Assembly (NCBI GenBank): GCA_000320545.1
Contig: ADNK01000431.1
Span: 11,426 to 75,425 of the forward strand
Origin: Bigelowiella natans CCMP2755
Lineage: Eukaryota > Protista > Cercozoa
Length of the DNA stretch: 64,000 nucleotides
Direction of reading: 5' to 3'
In this document: in pieces, positions 50,854-62,802 of the stretch
Position numbering within the stretch: position 1 is the first letter of the stretch
How the letters are laid out: each line of letters starts with the position of its first letter
Notes under the pieces: generated by a model
Databases searched by the model: none
What the model saw: only the letters and a program-made list of their open reading frames with translations
What the model was told of the DNA's origin: nothing
Made by a program: the position numbers and the translations under genes

Positions 50854-53800
50854 TCAAATTTTTTCAATGGTAATCCTGATGTAGCTGTGCAATGCAGCGG
50901 CTACAGCGCTAATGTTGCATCTGTTGGTTTCTGCCACAATGTGTTTCATGCATTTGAAAGCGTCCTCATGCGACCGATGTTGCCGCGCACTGCGCGCAGC
51001 AGTTCTGGATTCAATTTCAGCCTTTGTCAACCGGTTCGTGTCGTCGTTGCGATTCATGATCGCGCGCATTTGATTGCGCAATCTGATTTGTTCTCGACCA
51101 TGCATTGGACATTGCAGGAGATGATCCATGTCCTTCAGGATGCCACATGCATCGCACGTGGCATCTTCCTCTGTGCATTGTCCACGTGACAGCATGAATT
51201 TGCCAAGATTGCCGACACCACAGATGGCGCGCATCCATGATGTAGCAACACTTGGAAGTTTCAGTTTGATGCCGGTGATCGAAGATGACGGGAGGAAACC
51301 AAGATTCTTGAGATTCACAGCGCGCAATGAATCATTGGACCATTCCTCTTCGAATTCGTTGAAAGCACAAGATTTCATCACCTTGTGATGTTTTTTCAGT
51401 TCTTTTTTCAGCGCCTCTGTTGTCGCCAAAACGGTGGGCAATTCGTCACCTAACAAGTCGTCAGTGATCGATTTGAGCCGTCGAAACAAGGATGCTTTGT
51501 TCCACGTGTGTGTGGGCACATCAATCCACGATGTGCCATCTGACACTTTTCGATTTTCAATGATGAAGCCATAACTGCTCCAATCATTTATTCCCTCATG
51601 GATTTGAGGACCGCTGCCTGTGTCGATCCATGCGTTAGTGCGTAACCATGATTTAGCACACTGCACTTTAGTTTGATATCGGGGTGGCAACGTGCCAGTG
51701 AGGACGTGGGGGACGTCGTTGGAGATGGATCCAGGTAATCCCAATATACGTTTCAGGGTTTGGGATTCCATGGAATCCATCTGTTTTATTCGTATGTTTC
51801 TTCGTGATCTCCATATTGGAGCAGCGTATCTGCTGGATGCAAGGAACCATGATTTGTAAAATTTCAGTCTGACGTTTAGCGGTACAAGGTGTCTGGAATA
51901 ACACAACCTTAACAAAAACCTTCGCTTCTTTTGCAATCTCAGGTGAGAAGCAAGAGCATGTTTTTCAAAGGTTAATTTGTTGTCGAAGATTAGTCCGAGA
52001 CATCTGCCGCTGTCGACTCTTTTTATTTTTCCTTGGAGATTGAGAGAGATGTTCCAGGAGGTTTGGTGTCGGTGGGCTTTATTTCTTTTGTCAATTATAA
52101 GGTACCCGCTCTTGTCCCCATTGAATCGCATCCGCCATTTCATGCACCAGTCCGTCATTTGGTTTAGGTCGGCCTGGATATCATCTTGCATTTTCCCCCA
52201 TCGGTTTGGCGAAAACAATTTGTAGGGGGTAACGTCGTCACAGTATATTTGGAAATCTGTGTTGGTAATATGTTCGTAAATGTCGTAATAGGTTATGAAA
52301 AGGAAACAGCTGAGAGATGATCCTTCGGGGACGCCGCTCCCAAGGTTCATGTGCTCAGAGAGAGTATTGCCAAATCTGAATCTGGCGGTACGATCTCTGA
52401 GCCAGTCGTCGATCCACAGCAATAGCGAGCCTCGTATTCCGTATTTGTCATGTAACTTGCGTATCATGCCGGAATGCCAGGCTTTTGGATAAGCTTTAGA
52501 GGCATCTGTAAACAACAGGATGGCTGCAAGCTTTTTGTTATATACTCCATCCTCGATTGACTGCGTCATCTTTGTGAGTGCAGTTTCGCAGGATCGATTT
52601 TTCATGAATGCATACTGATGTATGCTAATGTTTTTGGGGGGTATAGCTTCGCGGAGCCGTTGTTCTATTAGTTTGTCTTCTATTTTTGAAGCTATTTGTA
52701 GGAGAGAAATCGTTCTCCCGTTGAGAGGGGTGTTAAGTTCTTTGTTGGCCTTAGGGATGAGACAAAAAATGGCCGCCTTACGTGAGCCATCTCGGGTACC
52801 CCATCTATATGACGTGTTGAATGTAGCTAACCACAGTTGATGGAGTTTCTTGCTTTTTTTCAACATGTTTAGGTGAACACCATCATCGCCAGGAGACTTG
52901 TACGGTGATGCTTTGTTGATCACGTTTCTTAGTTCATGCATAGAAAAATCTCTGTTGTATGAATTAACACTGTGGATCTTTTTGTCTTCATTTTTCCTGA
53001 AGGTATTTCTCCAGGCCTCAGTTTCAGCGTGAAAGGTTCGATTTTTCTTGTCTGACGGGTGTGGTTTGTAGATATGTTTCCATTTGGCAACACACACTTC
53101 ACATTTTTTTTCTTCAGAGGTTTCGCCATCGAGTCCTCCGAATTTATCCCGCCCTCTGGATTTTTGGAATAATTTGTACAGCATTCTGGTATGATTCCCA
53201 TTGTTGTATTTTTCGAAGCGAGACAAGAATAATTGCCATGCTTCGTACTGAAGGGTTTCGGTGGTTCGTTCAAGTTCGGCGTTGATTTCTTGGATCTTGG
53301 TTTCTAATAATTTTCTCTTCCGAAATTTCCTTTCGTGTTTCAAGGATCTAAATAATTTTTCTTGTTGATCTTTGATGGATTTATATTTTTTGTCGTTTTG
53401 GTATGGCTTGATTGGACTCCAACGTTGTCGTTTTTTTGGTGTGCAGCTATTAAAAGCTTTTCCGGTAAAGTCCCAGAACCAGCGTTCAAGCTTTTTTGCA
53501 TCAGCCTCCGATTGAACGTTTAGTATGCGCTGGTGCAAGCGTTCGGTAATATTATTCAATTTTTCGTCAAATCGTTTTACATCGAATTTGTCGATGTCAT
53601 ATATCATTGGTGAAGTCTGTTGATGGATTGCCACAGGTTTTCCAAAGTGGATACCGAAATGGTCACTTGTCGTGGTGTTGGCCATCTGATATTCTATTTG
53701 GTGTGCGAAGTTTGAGGAGCACAGCACATGATCAAGTGTGCTTGTGTTTCCTTTTCTGAAATATGTGGCTTCCCCAGGGTTGACCATCATGATGTTGTTA

Positions 53801-54348
53801 TCCGACAACCACTGGTGTAGGTATCTGCCACGTCTATCTTCTTGGTTTCGGACATCGTAGGTGGAGTGTTTAGCATTAGTGTCCCCCACGATGATGTATT
53901 TTTTCCATTTCTGTTTCCGAATGATGTTCATTATGAAATCTAATCTCTCTTTCAGATGTGAGATGTTTTGGTGTGGCTGGAGGTACACCATTATGACAGC
54001 ATATTTTTCAATGCTGTGTATGAAAAAACTAATATCGTAATTGTTATCATCTATAGGTATATGAATTATATCTGTGTTCTTTTTTCTTAATCCAAAGCTC
54101 CCAGAGGAGCCGCTCGTCCGAATCACTTCGTATCCCGCTGGAGGATGCAGCCTCTCCGATTCTTTGAGGCGGCCTTCCCCAAACCAGGCGAGTTCGATGT
54201 TGTTGGTGGTTATCATTTCTTTTAACATATTATATCTTCTATTTATTCTTTGCCTGCCTTGTTCAGTTCCGTTTTTACTGCGTATGTTTTGGTAGTAGTA
54301 GGGGAGATTCAAATGATTAACCATATTTACGTGTCCTTCTGTTTTCAT
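50854..54348 (-). CDS. LINE ORF2: APE endonuclease, reverse transcriptase and C-terminal CCHC finger
   Basis: YYQNIRS, GDTNAKH, TYF...STLDHVL, SDH (APE); KSPGDDG, RTISLL, QYAFMKNRSC, DASKAYP, GVPEGSSLS, YCDD, CLGLIFD (RT); CDACGILKDMDHLLQC. Confidence 0.95.
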   Translation of the reverse strand: MKTEGHVNMVNHLNLPYYYQNIRSKNGTEQGRQRINRRYNMLKEMITTNNIELAWFGEGRLKESERLHPPAGYEVIRTSGSSGSFGLRKKNTDIIHIPIDDNNYDISFFIHSIEKYAVIMVYLQPHQNISHLKERLDFIMNIIRKQKWKKYIIVGDTNAKHSTYDVRNQEDRRGRYLHQWLSDNNIMMVNPGEATYFRKGNTSTLDHVLCSSNFAHQIEYQMANTTTSDHFGIHFGKPVAIHQQTSPMIYDIDKFDVKRFDEKLNNITERLHQRILNVQSEADAKKLERWFWDFTGKAFNSCTPKKRQRWSPIKPYQNDKKYKSIKDQQEKLFRSLKHERKFRKRKLLETKIQEINAELERTTETLQYEAWQLFLSRFEKYNNGNHTRMLYKLFQKSRGRDKFGGLDGETSEEKKCEVCVAKWKHIYKPHPSDKKNRTFHAETEAWRNTFRKNEDKKIHSVNSYNRDFSMHELRNVINKASPYKSPGDDGVHLNMLKKSKKLHQLWLATFNTSYRWGTRDGSRKAAIFCLIPKANKELNTPLNGRTISLLQIASKIEDKLIEQRLREAIPPKNISIHQYAFMKNRSCETALTKMTQSIEDGVYNKKLAAILLFTDASKAYPKAWHSGMIRKLHDKYGIRGSLLLWIDDWLRDRTARFRFGNTLSEHMNLGSGVPEGSSLSCFLFITYYDIYEHITNTDFQIYCDDVTPYKLFSPNRWGKMQDDIQADLNQMTDWCMKWRMRFNGDKSGYLIIDKRNKAHRHQTSWNISLNLQGKIKRVDSGRCLGLIFDNKLTFEKHALASHLRLQKKRRFLLRLCYSRHLVPLNVRLKFYKSWFLASSRYAAPIWRSRRNIRIKQMDSMESQTLKRILGLPGSISNDVPHVLTGTLPPRYQTKVQCAKSWLRTNAWIDTGSGPQIHEGINDWSSYGFIIENRKVSDGTSWIDVPTHTWNKASLFRRLKSITDDLLGDELPTVLATTEALKKELKKHHKVMKSCAFNEFEEEWSNDSLRAVNLKNLGFLPSSSITGIKLKLPSVATSWMRAICGVGNLGKFMLSRGQCTEEDATCDACGILKDMDHLLQCPMHGREQIRLRNQMRAIMNRNDDTNRLTKAEIESRTAARSARQHRSHEDAFKCMKHIVAETNRCNISAVAAALHSYIRITIEKI

Positions 54349-55747
54349 ATGCCCTGAATCGTAGGTAGCTGCCCTGATATGTGATTTGTGAATTCAGCAG
54401 TTTGGTGGCCTCTTCATGCGAGTGCACAAACAGCTGAAGTAGAGGGCCCTTGCCGAGAGGTTCTATTGCTGCGACTTTTACATCGATGTTGGTTTCGATT
54501 ATCTGCTTGATGATTCCAATTCGTGTTGATTTTTCCTGCTCGTTAGGTCCCAGCCTTGGGCCTCTCAGAACTACAGAGTGCTTACTTGGCCTTGACTTAG
54601 CTGCTCTGACTGTGGTCACTAATCCAAAGAGTGAGGGAAGGAATGATCCTTGTCCTAACTGATGTTCGGTGTTAAGCAGATCCAGGTAAGCATCCATCTT
54701 AGATTCTCTGGAGCCTTTGAAGAACACTTTTAGGTGGGTTTTATTCCTAGATTTGAATTGGATTCCTTGAAAGTCCTTCCCATATTTCGCTTGGAAAGCT
54801 ACGTGCATTTGGAATTCGTTCAATCCTAGTGCATCGATCAACTTTGGAGTTATTTTGGACAGGTTTTTCCCAATATCTGGAACATCTTTTTTTTCACTGG
54901 ATGGGTTCAAATCCTCTACGTTCTTTCCGGCTAGGCATTTAGTCTCTTCTTCCTCGGTGTTAACTTCTGTCAGTGTGTCGCGGTTTTCATCCCTCGGATC
55001 TGCTGTGTTTGTTTCCTCACTTGTTGGTTCGTTGGCATGTTTTTTTTTGCCAGTGAGAACAGTGCGACATGGGTCGCCGGAGGCCATAATGGCGCCCCCC
55101 GCTTGCAGCATGGCTTTTTTGTCAAGTTCCAATATGAGCACGTTCTGTTTATACTTCCGGTTGTATTTCCTTTGATTCCTGGCGTGACTTTTTGGAACTT
55201 GCCAACTCTGGCTATTCTTTCGCTCAGCTAGTCTTTGTACTTCTGCTTCAGGATATTTATCTCGACCATGAGGTTCATCAGCGCGTGATGAGGTTGTGAC
55301 ACTAGCGTAAGTTCTCGAGGTCCGTTGCATCGAGGAGGGTTGAGCTTCCATTGTGCCATTCTTCTGATGTTCCTTGATATAAGTCAGTTCTTCTTCAAGT
55401 TTCAGTAATTTGTTTTTAAGCCCAGCGTTTTCCTCCTGCATGTCTTTTTGATCTTGCTGCAATTGTTGTTGTTTCTCATCAACTAACTGGACCATTGTGG
55501 TCAGCATTTCACACAATTTTTTCATTGTGTTCCACTGAGGAGTTTCTTTGCGTTCCATTGTTGCAGACAGTGTTGAAGTAACTTCGCGAAGGCATTGAGA
55601 CAGATCATGACTTTTCCTATCAGAGCCACAGTCGTCATCATTGCATTCTGAATCGAGATCCAACGTTGCGTGTTGGTTCTTTTTGTGCTTTCTTCCCTTT
55701 TTGGGTGTCTGGTGCTTGTTGTTGCCACGCGCGCTGCGCGTGATCAT
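54317..55747 (-). CDS. LINE ORF1 (coiled coil and basic regions, gag-like)
   Basis: ~476-aa ORF from the first ATG (55747), directly upstream of ORF2 and overlapping its first ATG; coiled coil, TYASV motif, RRM-like C-terminus. Confidence 0.8.
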   Translation of the reverse strand: MITRSARGNNKHQTPKKGRKHKKNQHATLDLDSECNDDDCGSDRKSHDLSQCLREVTSTLSATMERKETPQWNTMKKLCEMLTTMVQLVDEKQQQLQQDQKDMQEENAGLKNKLLKLEEELTYIKEHQKNGTMEAQPSSMQRTSRTYASVTTSSRADEPHGRDKYPEAEVQRLAERKNSQSWQVPKSHARNQRKYNRKYKQNVLILELDKKAMLQAGGAIMASGDPCRTVLTGKKKHANEPTSEETNTADPRDENRDTLTEVNTEEEETKCLAGKNVEDLNPSSEKKDVPDIGKNLSKITPKLIDALGLNEFQMHVAFQAKYGKDFQGIQFKSRNKTHLKVFFKGSRESKMDAYLDLLNTEHQLGQGSFLPSLFGLVTTVRAAKSRPSKHSVVLRGPRLGPNEQEKSTRIGIIKQIIETNIDVKVAAIEPLGKGPLLQLFVHSHEEATKLLNSQITYQGSYLRFRAYENRRTRKYG

Positions 55748-56282
55748 CACGGTGGGCAATATTTCACTTTTGCGCGGCTATGAGTCCGTTTGCAATATCC
55801 TACATATATATAACTACATTATATATATTAGGGCTCTCTCACCTTGCATGCATAATGCGAGTAGGAGGATGATCATTGAAAATAATGTGCAATCACTTCG
55901 TCACATGCATCAATCTCACATGAGAGCTGGAGGCCTATGACGACCGTGGCTTGCATCTCCGCACCAACTGATGATGCTGCGCGGTGGTGCGTAGAGCACG
56001 ACGACCTTGATCGAGCTGAATGGTGCATGCAAGCGACACATAATTATACATGTGTTATAGTCTACACGCATCCGTGCCTTAGAACCGTGCCACATCTGCT
56101 AGCGAACGGCATGTCGCTTGCTGATACGATGTGCAAATTGTGTGATTGGCATTTGAGGTATGCTACGCTGACATTGTCACCTTGATTCATCTAATGTAGG
56201 TAAGAAACGCACATATATCCGTTACGACGAAGCATTGACGCGTTGCTCAAGTGAGATTTTGTCCAACTAAGCGTCGTCACCA

Positions 56283-59200
56283 TCATCTTTGCATTGCAAA
56301 TATGTCTCCTCCTTTCCGACTGAGTACGTTGATTTCAGCATTGAGTGCGGCGATCTCGCTCTCCTGCATCTTCACAATCTTTGCTATGTCACTTCGCTCC
56401 TTCTTATAGCGCGCCATCCCGCCCTCGGTGCTTACATTGATGCCCTTGGAGTTGTCGTTGAGTTTTTCTTCAAGGTCGATTTGTGCTTTTCGCAGCACCC
56501 CGACTTTCTCCAGGCCGTTTGTATTCTGCTGCACTACCTTCGACAATTTCTCCCTTGCCACCTTGATCTTGAGGTCCCACGTGTTCAAGGTCTGGATGTT
56601 CTGTTCATCGCTGGCCTTCAGCTTGCCCTTCATCTCCTCCAGTGCAGTCTCAGAAGTCTTTTGCCGGAGGATGCTAAGGTCTATTCTGCGTCCGAACTTC
56701 AGCGTCTGCACGTCCTCGCACTTCGCTTGCTCCGTGGCAATGTCGTGCAGCCTTTTCTTGAGGTCCGTCTTGAGCACGCGGCACTGCTTCTTAAGCTGAC
56801 TAAGCTTCTGTTCGAGCTGGCTTCCTTCCTGCTCCACTTTGACGAGGTTGCTGGCGAGCTGCGTCTTCTGCTCGCGCGTGAGAATAAGTCCCTCTTTAAT
56901 CTCTGCAGGCATCGAGCCATTGTCTAAATACCGGATCTGCGACAGGCGCATGGGGATGTTCATGATGATGCGGTTCAGTGCATTCTGCTTCTTGTTTTGG
57001 AAGAGCTCCAGATCGTGCTCGCAGGCGCTCAGCTCCTTCTGCACCTGGCCCACCTTGAGCTCCAGCGACTTGAACTTGGTCTCAAGATCGGCCTTGCTCT
57101 TCATTAGCCCCTGCATCTCCTCCTCGCAGTCCGTCCTCTGTTCGCGCAACTCGAGCACCTTATCGTAAATATCGACGGGGCACTCCAGAGGACATTGGTC
57201 TTGATCTTCTGAATCCTCTTCCGATTCCGAGTCTGAGTCACTGTTCTCATCGTCATCATCGCGTGGTCGCTTTCTCTTGATCTTCTTCTCATAGATACGC
57301 CTCAGCTGCGCCTTGGTGGAAGCCGTCTCATCCTTCTGGAAGTGTTCCTCTATTATAGTATCGAACTGGCGCTGCAGATTCTCCTTTTCCTTTTGGCTGC
57401 AAATACAAAAAAAAACCCATGAGCTGTGAGGAGGAGGAGGAGGAGGAGGAGGAAGATGTGCACGGAATATACGGCATCTACGCTATCAAGTGCTACACAC
57501 GTGCACACGACGAACGCACACAGGTGGGAATCATGCAAGCACCATATCTCAGCTTCGTTGCGCTTTTTCTTGAGGGACGAGTGACAGTCGCCTTGCTGTT
57601 TGTGCAGCAACTCTATGGTATCGATGGCTTTCTTGCGACTCACAAGCATCATATTCTCCGTTGCCTCAAACTTATGCAGAAGGTCTAGCTCCTCGGAGAG
57701 CGTGAGGAGACGAAGGTCTGTGGCCTTGAGGTCGACGTCCAGCCTCAACTTCTCCACATGCAGGGTGCGAAGAGCCTTATCGAAAGCGGAGCTTGCTTCC
57801 TGAATCCGTTCCTGAATCAGCTTGCGCTTTCTCTGCAATATCAGCCTCGTAGCTCTCCTCTTTATCTTCTCAGAGCTTGAAACAGGCAAAGCTGCAATGC
57901 GCTTGCGGTAAGCCTGCAAGGCCTGTTCGCGGGGACTAACTTTGGTGTCCTTCTTCTCCGCTTTCTTTTTCTGCTCCTCGCGCAGCTTTTTCTTCTCTTC
58001 TTCTTCTTCCTCGTCATCGTCGTCGCCGCCACCAAACCCGGAGTTCTTGCCCTTTTTGGCCTTCTCCCTCTCAAGAAGGATTTGCTCAAATTCAGCGAGG
58101 TCAGCGTCTGTGACCTTATCCCTCTCCTCAGGCCACTCGTCTCGCGACATAGTCGGCGGTTCCAGATGCTCGCTGATGCCGAGCTTTCTGTTTATCGCCA
58201 TGAGTTGAACCTGGTCTCGTCGAATGTGCTCGCAAATGGTCTTCTTAAGGTCGCGCAGAGCAAGGAATTTGTGATTAAACTGCATCTTGATCTTAAGGAC
58301 ACCGTCGACGAGTAGCAACATCTGCATGCGCTTCTTGTCGGTATTGATGCGCTGCGACTCTGGAACCTTGAAGTCCGGAGCGGACTTCAGCTTAAAGTCG
58401 CCCAAGTTGGCACGCGCATAAGCAAGGAGCTTCTTGTCCTCTGGGTCCTCCTGTGCACATTTTGTTTGTCAATGGCAAGTAAGGTCAGAGATGGAATTCG
58501 GCAAAACGAAACCACCAGTAAGGAGGAGCTGCATGCATGTTGGCAGATCAATCACCATCTCGATAATTCAGAGTCAATTTCTTCTCACCTTTGTTGGATC
58601 GGGCTTCTGTTCCTCAAGCCGGGCCATATCTTTCTCCCTCAAATGCAAGATCTCGCGTTGGCGGTCAGCATGTAGCTTCCTCTTCTCCGCCCCCGTGAGC
58701 TTTCTTCCCTTCGGCGACTTAATGGTGGCCTCGAGAGAGTAGTCTTTGGCCGATTGACCAGGTTTATACTCGAGGGCACCGGGAACATTGTTTGGAAGCT
58801 CCAGCTTCTGGCTGCCAATGCTCTGCCGCCCCATCTCGCCCTTGAGCAGATTTTGAACCTCACGGACAAGCTTTTTCCTCTCCTCCGAGAAGTCGTTCAC
58901 GCGGAAGGACGAGACGAACAGAGGCTCTTTGTTGGAGAAGGATTTGAGCCGGATGTGCTCTACCATCAGGCGGGAGAAGAACTTGCGCTTCAGCTTGGTC
59001 AGCTGGAGAGAAATCTTCTCCGAGGCGTACTCGAGCTCGTCGCGAACATACTGCACCTTGGCCTCCGCCTTGTCGCGGAGAGATTGCATCAGCTCCGGGT
59101 CGATTTCAAATTCGGAGCGATCCAAGCGCTTGCTCGCGGGAAGCGCCGAATTGGCTGCGAGCAGGTCTTTGAACGCCTTTTGGAGCTCCTTGATTTTTTT

Positions 59201-59335
59201 GCGAACTTTCTCCTTCTTCTTCTCGGCGATAGTACGTGCGTCGTCAAGCTCCTTCTTTAGTTTCGCCTCCTCGAACGAGTAGTAGGCGGGGTCGGTTATA
59301 TCCTCGACATCATCCTTTCCTAAATAGATTCATGG

Positions 59336-59397
<62 letters not shown>

Positions 59398-62291
59398 CAT
59401 TTATTTAATACCACCTGCATAAATTAACATACTCCCCCCCCCCCCCCCCTCTCTCCCATCCCATATATGTTTATTATATAAACAAATGTAAAAAATAGGA
59501 AAGTGAGTAGCACCTTCAGGTAGCTTTTCTTCTATCTTGGTGGGCAACGTCATCGCTTCTGGCTCCTGGCCGGCGAGCGCTTTCTCTATATCGACGCGGT
59601 ATACAAACAAATTGCCATCCCGCCCTACAGTCGAGAGGATGCTATCGTCGAAACTCAGCGAAACTCCAGTGACCTCCCCCTCATCACCGTCGTGTAGATT
59701 CAGCTGGAAGGACTTCTTGGTGTCAGCCGAGGCAGCGTCGCGCACCTGAACCTTCCCGCTATGGCTACCAAGCAGTAGGTACTTTTCTGAGAGCGATCGC
59801 TGCAACAGCGACACGACACCGAAGGGCTTCCCAGCGTCTAGGAAGATGCTGTGGTCTGCCACGGGAGCTGCCGCGGTGTCCTCCTTTTCCTCCTTCGGTT
59901 TGTCCTCCTTCGTGTTCTCGAAGCTGCACTTATACACCCGGGAATACTTCGCGTCGAGGTCGGAAGCCATCCCGGACTTCTTAAGGCCTTCAAAATCGGG
60001 CGGTTGAAGGCATACGAGTAGATTGGAGGAGGAGGACGAGGGGGATGACGACGAAGAGGATTCATCGTCGTTGGCGTAGGTGCAAAATGCCACGCTATCT
60101 GGTGGGACTTTGACCTCTTGCTCCTCCTGTTCATTATCCTCCTCCTCGGTGGGTTGCTCCTCCCCTTTTCCTTCCTTGATGTCCTCGCCATCGGCCGTAG
60201 ATGGATTTGGAGAGCTAGATTCTTCTACAGGCTTTTCATCCACGTCGGCCACATCTAGGGTGATTGCCCGCGATTTACACTCGATCCGAAAGGTACGCCG
60301 TTCGCCCTCGTCGGGGAAGCTATAAATAGTGGAAAATGGGGGAAGGAGGAAGGGGAGGGTAAATTATTCATAACACAGGGATGCGTAATCACAGCAAGCC
60401 AAGGTGTGCTTCTCTCCTGTCATCTCTCCCTTCTCCCATCCCTTCTTCTCCTCCATACTCACTCTTTGAGCTTCGGGCGTGTGATTTCCATAATCTTGTG
60501 GCCAGCCGCAACGAGAAGCACCTCCGAGTCTCTCCGCCAGCAGATAGATGCTGCGGGCTGCTTGCCCTCCAGCTCTATGAAGCCAATAGGCTCCATATTC
60601 GCTTTGATATCAGAAAAGAACACAGTGCCGTCCTTTGCCGCTGTCGCAAGGGTGAGATTGTCAGGAGAGACCGCCATTAGGTGGACCTCTGTGTAATGGG
60701 GCTTGCAGACGTGCACGAGCTCGAATCTGCTGCCGCGGCGCTCAAGCTGCCTCACTACACCATCTTTAAAGCCAACCATGATGCGCTCATTCGAGTGGCA
60801 TACACTCTCAGGAACTCGCACCTACTCGACGATAGTGAAGTGGATATAGAGCTTAGACGATCGCGATACTCTTGTTTAATCGAGCTTGAGTGTGTGTGTG
60901 TGTGTGTGTGTATGATGACACGAGGCACATGGAAGCGCACACGCCGTACAAACATACACGGTGTGAAAGATATAGATTCGGACCATATTGGAGCATGGCT
61001 GACTGAGTTTCTTGCGGAAGAGCTCCTTCCGTGTTATGAGGTCCCAGCATCGTATCGTGGCATCTCCACCGCATGTGGTGAGGGTGTGTGAGGCCTGCGA
61101 CGGTATAGAGCCGGTGATCGGTCCAGCGTGGAAGTTGAGGATGGTCTCCACTTTGTACCTGTGTATATCGAACACAGAGTGATGAATTTATGGCTATCAC
61201 TCAATTGGATGATGAGATGCAAAACGGACGAGCGCACAACAAACCACCCCAAAACAGAATTTTATTTTGTAGGAAAGAGGGAATTGGTTCTTCGAGCGTT
61301 GGACCCCCTTCTTGCATAAGAGATGTCAATGCTTTTACTCCTCAACCCCCTCCCCGTTTTCCGTTATCCCTTCTTCTTCTACTTACTCAGGCAACAGCAG
61401 ACGATGGAGAGCGCCATTAGCGTCCTGGACTAGCCAATGATCCTTCCCCTTCATCATCCCACGAACCGAGGCACCGGGGATACAAATTTCCTTTTTAGGT
61501 TCCATGCAAACCATAGGATCTTCCTCCTCAACTTCGGCGAACTCGAAGGACGCCATGTCCCACATGCGCACGAAGCCGTCCTTCCCAGCTGAGATAAGCG
61601 TGCGGCCTTCGAGAGTGACAAACTCGATCACTCCGTCATGGCACGGGCTACGGTCCTTTCTGGCCATTTGGAACTGTATGAAGTTGCCGTCCCACATTAG
61701 AAGATACCCATCCTCCGACCCCGACACCGTGCGTCCGTCTGGGAGCTCGATGAAGGCGGATATATCTGAAATGTCGACGTTTCCGAACTTGCCGATCTCC
61801 CCCTGCAACTTAAGACCGGTGAAAGTCTTCGCCATCTTCCAGAACCGGATGTGTCCCATCCCCGAGGTACACAACCGCCCTTCTGCATTCGGCGAAAATG
61901 CGACCCGATAAACCTCCTGAGCAAAGGCCTTTGTGTGGAGTGTGATGACCTCCTTCTCCCAGTCCCATACAGTCAAGAGGAAGTCAGGTGCATTTCCGAC
62001 GCTGGCAAGCTTGTCCCCTTTAGTGCTAAATTGCATGTCACTGAAGGTTCGCTCCGTTCCTTTTTGCAGTCTATGCTTGATCTCAAGTTCGGGAAAGCTG
62101 TAGATCAGAATCTCAGGGTTTTCACCCTTCTCGGCGACTGCGAAGAGAGGCAGGGTTGGGTGAACCTGTGGATGAGAATCATGGAAAGAGAGAGTGGATC
62201 AGTTCTGTTCGATTGATGTAGATATTAGCTATGTAGTTGTTTTTGATATTTAAAAATAGACCTTTCAGGGTGAGGAATGCACACATTGCGC

Positions 62292-62327
<36 letters not shown>

Positions 62328-62802
62328 TATATATGACAGAGCTTTCTTCTCGTAGATTTGGATTAAAATTGTAGATGCTGTACCGCAATCGAGCCGATAC
62401 CCCGGGTATTCTGACCGACGATAATCGTCTTCTTCATGTCGCTCATATTGAGCATCTGAGCACATGTTCAGTGGGATCAGGATAATATCAGTATGATACT
62501 TACAGTCGCTAAAAATATGGAAGTGAAGATTCCTAAAGCGCAGACTAGAATTAAATAAGATAAGGAAGAGGAATGAATCAGGATAGGCGTAGTTACCTGG
62601 AAAGAGTTCCCAATGCATGAGAGGAGAGTTTTATCGTCGTTTATGTAATCCAAATTTAAACGCTTGTGCGATGGAAATCCCAGGGTTGCACTGTATTGGC
62701 GATGACATTATCGATCAGATTCTCTTTACCACGTTATTTCGAATGCATCAGGTCTATGACAAGTACTCACTGGATTTGGCAGGCTTTGGGAAGGCCGCTC
62801 AT
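56283..62802 (-). CDS. CFAP44: Cilia- and flagella-associated protein 44 (WDR52)
   Basis: GFPSHKRLNL, GIGSIA|VHPTLPLFAVAEKGENPEILIYSFP, LASVGNAPDFLLTVWDW, GHIRFWKMAKTFTGLKLQGEIGKFG, GDFKLKSAPDFKVPE, long C-terminal coiled coil ending EINVLSRKGG. Confidence 0.93.

Larger units (their letters stand above)
50834..55798 (-). mobile_element. Apparently full-length LINE (non-LTR retrotransposon), 2 intact ORFs, ~9-bp TSD cctacatat, no poly(A) tail
   Basis: TSD at 50825-33 and 55799-807; intronless ORF1 and ORF2. The 3' end is independently marked by the truncated copy at 23870. Confidence 0.93.
50679..55840. mobile_element. 188-bp non-autonomous element (49-bp hairpin direct repeat, 90-bp core, 49-bp repeat; 4-bp ACCT flanks) interrupted by the LINE
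   Basis: Unit gtgagagcctacatatatataactacattatatatattagggctctctc at 50679-50727. The second identical unit is split into 50818-50833 and 55799-55840. ACCT lies at 50675-78 and 55841-44. Confidence 0.75.

Noticed and set aside
50686-55840. 42-bp direct repeat read as the LINE's TSD or LTRs
   Set aside because: The truncated copy at 23870 fixes the LINE 3' end at ~50833. The real TSD is ~9 bp, and the long repeat belongs to the host element.
56289-59282. Long plus-strand ORFs over CFAP44
   Set aside because: Antisense shadows of GC3-rich coiled-coil exons.
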